The notes under the pieces were generated by a model. The model ran no database searches, was not told the origin of the DNA, and worked only from the letters and a program-made list of their open reading frames with translations. Positions 57,726 through 64,000 of a stretch of DNA of 64,000 nucleotides are shown in pieces. The translations under genes and the position numbers were made by a program. The DNA is from the human T2T-CHM13v2.0 reference genome, Homo sapiens. The stretch lies in assembly GCF_009914755.1 (NCBI RefSeq), contig NC_060928.1; one strand, written 5' to 3'. Position 1 is the stretch's first letter; each line of letters begins with the position of its first letter.

Positions 57726-58054
57726 CAACTGTCCCTCTGTATCCATCAGGGGTTTGGGCCCAGGATTCCCCAGAGACACCAAAATCCATGGAGTTAAGTC
57801 CCTTATATAAAAGGGTGTAGTATTTGTATTTAACCTACACCCATCCTCCAAATACTGTAAATCATCTCTAGATTACTTATAATAATACACTGTAAATGCT
57901 GCATAAATAGTTGTTATACTGTATTGTTTAGGGAGTAATGACAAGAAAAAATTCTGTACATGTTCAGCACAGATGCTTTCTTTTCTTAAATGTTTTTGAT
58001 TTGTGGTTTGTTGAATCCTCAGATGCTGAACCCACAGATAAAAAGGGCCCACTG
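57726..58054 (+). mobile_element. MER2 (TcMar-Tigger-derived MITE)
   Basis: caactgtccctctgtatcc...aagtcccttatataaaa...aaatcatctctagattacttataata...aagggcccactg with degenerate TIRs; TA on the left. Confidence 0.9.
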
Positions 58055-58357
58055 CTTGAATATTAGGTTGACAGTGCTGCATGAAGTTGTCCCGGAGGTC
58101 ACTGGTGCTCTTTTCACTGCTCCACCTGGGTTCCCCCTCCCTGCACCATGGTCTGGAAACTTCTCAAGGCAGTAAACTGGGAAAATCCTAAGGTTCGCCT
58201 CATTTTTTCCATGTCTCTGACATAATTTTCCTTCATTGCCTGATGTTCAATGTCTGTAGATCCATTGGTTCATTTATCTTTTTTAGTTGTTTCAGGTGGG
58301 AGGGTAAATCCAAATCCTCTCACTTCATCTTGTCCATAAATAGAGCTCATTATTTTT

Positions 58358-59955
<1,598 letters not shown>

Positions 59956-60081
59956 GGAGAGACAGTGAGGAAGTACCCACCTGCCAAGGGAGCACCACGC
60001 CAGCTCAGTCCCACCGAGAGCTCTCAGGGGCCTAGGGGAACAAACAGAAAGGTTTGTAAATAAGGTTTAAACCAGACTGAG

Positions 60082-60386
60082 TTTTATTTTACTTTTTATT
60101 TTTTTAGAGACAGGGTCTTGCTCTCTCACCTAGGCTGGAGTGCAGTGGTATCATCACAGCTCACTGCAGCTTCGAAATTCTGAGCTCAAGGGATCCTCCT
60201 GCCTCAGCTTCCTAAGTAGCTGGGACTACAGGCAGATGCCACCATGCCTGGCTGATTGTTATTTTTTGTAGAGATGGGGTCTCACTGTGTTGCCCAGGCT
60301 GGTCTCAAATTCCCAGGCTCAAGCGATCCTCCTGCCTCAGGCTCCCAAGGTGCTGGGATTATGGGCATGCACCACCGTGCCCAGTT
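60082..60386 (-). mobile_element. AluJ
   Basis: Full dimer; TSD cagactgagtttt at 60073-60085 and 60387-60399. Confidence 0.93.
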
Positions 60387-60677
60387 CAGACTGAGTTTTC
60401 GGAGCCAAATGTGACCAGAAACTCAAGACATCTGCTCCACAGTCATCAAGGGACAAAGCAGGAGCTTTGACGGAAGTCACCAAGTATCCAGACCCAGCCG
60501 AGGCTACCCCACAAGCCAGTGCCCCACCAAGGAGCCACAGCTTCTCCTGGACCCACGCTGGCCTTCAGCTGCTGCCACGAGCCCCCGGGCCCTACACTGT
60601 TGTGGCGGTCCCCACCTCAGTGCCTTGGAACCCAGGCCTGGGCTCCTAGCCTGTGGGCACTAGGCAGGCCCTGACCA

Positions 60678-60853
60678 TTTTCTTCTTTTCTTTCTTTTTT
60701 ATTTGAGACAGGGTCTCAGTCTGTCACCCAGGCTGGAGTGCAGAGGTGCCATCACAGCTCACTGCAGGCTCAACCTCCTGGACTCAGGTGATCCTCCTGC
60801 CTCAGTCTCCCAAGTAGCTGAGCCTACAGGTGTGTGCACCACCACGCCTGGCT
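60678..60853 (-). mobile_element. Alu right-arm monomer (FRAM or truncated AluJ)
   Basis: T-rich tail, gagacagggtctcagtctgtcacccaggctggagtgcag...ccaccacgcctggct; no left arm. Confidence 0.85.
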
Positions 60854-62384
60854 CCTCCAACAGTTTTCCATGAGAACAGAGGCTCCTGGGACAGCCAGGC
60901 TCTGCGGGACACAAGGAACCTGGCCCCCGACTCTCTGCACAGTCTCAGCCCAAGCTGACGGGCAGCTGTGGGCTGCAAAGTGAGAGTGAGATTCAGGCCA
61001 CGGGATGGGGCCAAGATTGCAGACACTTGGCTGTCAGGTCGAAACGGCCATGCATGGGGACGTGGGGCCATGGGGCCCTGGGGCTCCAGTGTCTGTGGGA
61101 TGCTGGCCTCAGCACCTGGGGTGGGGCTGAGAGACCCCAGGGCACCTCCACCGGGCAGAGCACTCGGCAGCCCCAGAGCAGCTCCTGCAGAGGCGTCTGT
61201 GAATGAGGAGGGGCAGCGCAAAGATTAAATGGAAAGGGGGCCGCAGCCCGGGCTGCACTCCATCTCCATTCTGTCAAGCGTGTTCGCAGACACGCACGAG
61301 GGGGCACGGGAGGAAGTAACTCCGGCTGTGTCAGAGGCATCCACACTTCCATCACGAACCTGCCGCCTCCCACCTCCCCAGGGCGCTTCCGGGAGCTGGA
61401 CGCAGCTGCCCGTCCAGGCTGTGTCTCTGCTTGGATGGCTTCTGTCCACATGGGAGGTCATGCCCTTGGGAATGACAGGTGGGGGTTTCCTGGGGACCCC
61501 AGCCCCTACTTCCAGGACAGGCTTTTGCCCTGGGGTGTGGGCTTCAAGCAGGAGCGGGGGCAGTGGATGATGGCCATCGTCAGTCACGGGACACAGGGCC
61601 AGGGCAATTCACTCACAGGGGGCTTGGGCATCCCTTTCCAGGGTCCATGGCAGGCCCACCCTCTCCTGCCCCTGCCAGGTGCTCTGCAGGAAGGAGCCAG
61701 GTGCTGGGGGATTCCTGGGCGCCCTGGATGCTAAGCCAAGTCCCGATCAGCTCTCTGCCCTGGCAGGTCCCTCCCCTGGGAAGGGGGACCAGCTCCCAGC
61801 TCTACCACCTGGAAGGTGGGAGGGGGTTAGATCTGAGCTCACTCCCAGCTCCCGACTCTCAGAACCCCGGGGTGGGGTCATTGGCCAGCAGACCCGCCCC
61901 ATGAGAAGCATGGCAGGCCATGAGCCTGGCTGGGGCACGTCTGCAGGCTGGAGGTGGAGGGGGCTCCGCCACACAGGAAGGGACATGGACGGATCGTAGG
62001 TGGGTGGGGTGCAGGAGCCCCCTTTTTACAAGCTGACGTGAGCCTCTCATCCCAATCACCCTGTCCCTGGGTCTCGAGCCAAGGAGCCTTGGACTCCACT
62101 GTCCCACAGGAACACCCAGAGCAAAGGAGGGCACAGCTCAGGCCTCAGTGTCCTGGGTCTGTGAAATGGGCCCGTCCCGTGGGATGGCGGGTATGGGAAG
62201 GCCAAGAGGCCACGGAGGCAGGGGTCGCTGACCGTGGAGCTGGAGCTGTTCCGGGGCCCTGGACCTGCCGGGCTGGGGACAGCCTCTGTGGGTGCCGGGG
62301 GTGCTTTGGCGGCTGAGCGGGTCTCTTGGTGCGACGCCGCCTCCCGCCTCCCGGAGCCCCGGCCCCCACCCCGGCACACACACA

Positions 62385-63075
62385 ACTATTTAATTTTGCT
62401 CTGGCAAGGAATAATAGAGTCCTGTGTATCTATTACAGATGCGGGGAGATTGGGCCGCCACAGGCTGCACAGCACATTCAGAGGCCTCACAAAGCCGGCT
62501 GCAATCGACTCGGCCTGCCATTATCCATTCAGCGGGCGTAATGAATGAGCGGGCGCAGGCTGCCATATACCACCCGGCCCAGATAACGGCTGAAAGGAGA
62601 AAATTAAATTTTGCTTTTGTTGAAACATTATGATTTATGTATTTGTAATGTAGGCTGTGGTGGGCGACTGGGGGAAGCCTGCTTCCTCAGGGTCACTGAT
62701 GGCCCGCCGGCCACTAAGCGCTCAGCCCACTCCTCTGTGGGCAGGAACAACTCCCCCACCTGCTCATCCGCAGGAGGAGCCGGGGGCTGGCACACGGACC
62801 CCGGGCAGGCGCGGCCGGCCCCCTCTCCCAGGACGCTGGGCTTGGCTCTCGGAGCAGGCAGGGGGCGGCTTCTGTGTGGCTTGGACCCAGGACCTGGCAT
62901 TCTGATCACCCCGTGCCCTGTCTGGACCTGTAAAAATAATTAACTTCTCCTGGCTGGCCCTGGAGAGACAGACACGTGAGAACATCCCCTGTAATTTATA
63001 GCCTAGCGGTCCTGTCCCTTAATGCAGCAATCAGCGCGGGCTTATCACGTTGTGGAAGGTAATAAACTTGCTTCC
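62385..63075. promoter_or_regulatory. Candidate enhancer, CpG-enriched, with two AT-rich cores (62385-62655, 62930-63075)
   Basis: TGATTTATG (62631, PBX-HOX-type), AGATAA (62581), CTTATC (63041), TAATTA (62938), AAATTAAATT, GTAATTTATA. Confidence 0.55.
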
Positions 63076-63499
63076 TCCCAGCTCGCGGGCTCCTGAGCCA
63101 GGGTCTGGCAGTGCGGCACCCCCTCAGAGGGCCGATGGCTGGCGTAGAGGAGTGGGCAGGGGGCTCCCCTACAAACGGACCACCAGGGAGCTGAGGGCCC
63201 CTCCCATTACAGGACAGGGCAGTGCCTGGCGGCCCGAGGCCCGGGTGGCCGTGTGGCTGCAGGGAGGCCCCGCCCCAGGCTGTGTGGTGAGAGCCAAGGA
63301 CAAGCCTGGGTGACAGACTGGGCCCTTCCCGGCGTGCTGAGGGCCCTGGCAGAATCTTCCCCCCCAGGGCCAGTGCGTGCCCAGCCGAGGACCCCCGAGT
63401 GCAGCTGCAGTGCTGGACCTCACCTCCTCACCTCCGATGCTCCTTCAGAGCCCGAATAGCCCCCCGGGAGCTCACATGTGACGCCTTATCACACTGGAC

Positions 63500-63565
63500 G
63501 GGCGCATTCCCACACAGATGGAAAAACTGAGGCTCACAGAGGCTAAGCAGCCCCAGGGCACCAGT
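63500..63565 (-). mobile_element. MIR core fragment
   Basis: cccacacagatggaaaaactgaggctcacagaggctaag. Confidence 0.6.
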
Positions 63566-63759
63566 GTCAAGCCGACTCAGGGGTGTCCACCCCCACACTG
63601 ACCCCTGCCTGCAGAGAGGGGCCATCCTCACCCCCTCACCTGAGGCCTCCTGCAAGCTGTGGTCACAGCTGGGGCAGCCCCTCCTCTTCCACCTGGGGAA
63701 GGAGTGGGGCTTCACGGCATACATGCTGAGCATGGGAGACTCAGCTGTGCCACCATCAG

Positions 63760-63871
63760 GGTGTCTCCCTCGGGCCTCTGCGTCCCCCTGACCGCCGTCC
63801 TCCTGGGGCACAACGGTGTCTCCCTCGGGCCTCTGCACCCCCTTGACCGGCTGTCCTCCTGGGGGACAGTG
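63760..63871. repeat. Two-copy ~56-bp tandem duplication
   Basis: ggtgtctccctcgggcctctgc...tgaccg...gtcctcctgggg occurs twice. Confidence 0.85.
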
Positions 63872-64000
63872 CCCATCTCAGCTGCCATCTGTTCCCAGGG
63901 TCCAGCACAACCTAGATGGAGCCCTCTCCTCCCGCTCCCCTGCTCCCCTCCAGGGCCCACCTGAGTATCCAGCAGCCTGGGGTGCAAGCTGGGACTGGGT

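Overview
Primate (human or great-ape-like) non-coding, GC-rich genomic DNA. It carries AluJ/S/Y, L1M, L2, MIR, MaLR/ERV LTRs and a MER2 DNA transposon. I see no credible protein-coding exon, RNA gene or CRISPR array; the listed ORFs are by-products of GC-richness, simple repeats and transposon relics. The window opens with two large minisatellites: a 50-bp array (>=29 copies, cut by the window edge) born at an Alu/L1 junction, and a ~12-kb 46-bp array (~263 copies) expanded inside an old L1M. Both show higher-order duplications. The rest looks like a regulatory gene desert. It holds several short AT-rich islands packed with homeodomain, SOX, TALE and POU motifs (candidate conserved enhancers), an orphan CpG island next to a CACCTG E-box array, a nested MER4/THE1/MST LTR cluster, and two nested pairs of inverted low-complexity repeats. 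All repeat-family calls come from recalled consensus sequences, not from a database search. I found no new gene system; the most interesting signals are regulatory and repeat-evolution features.
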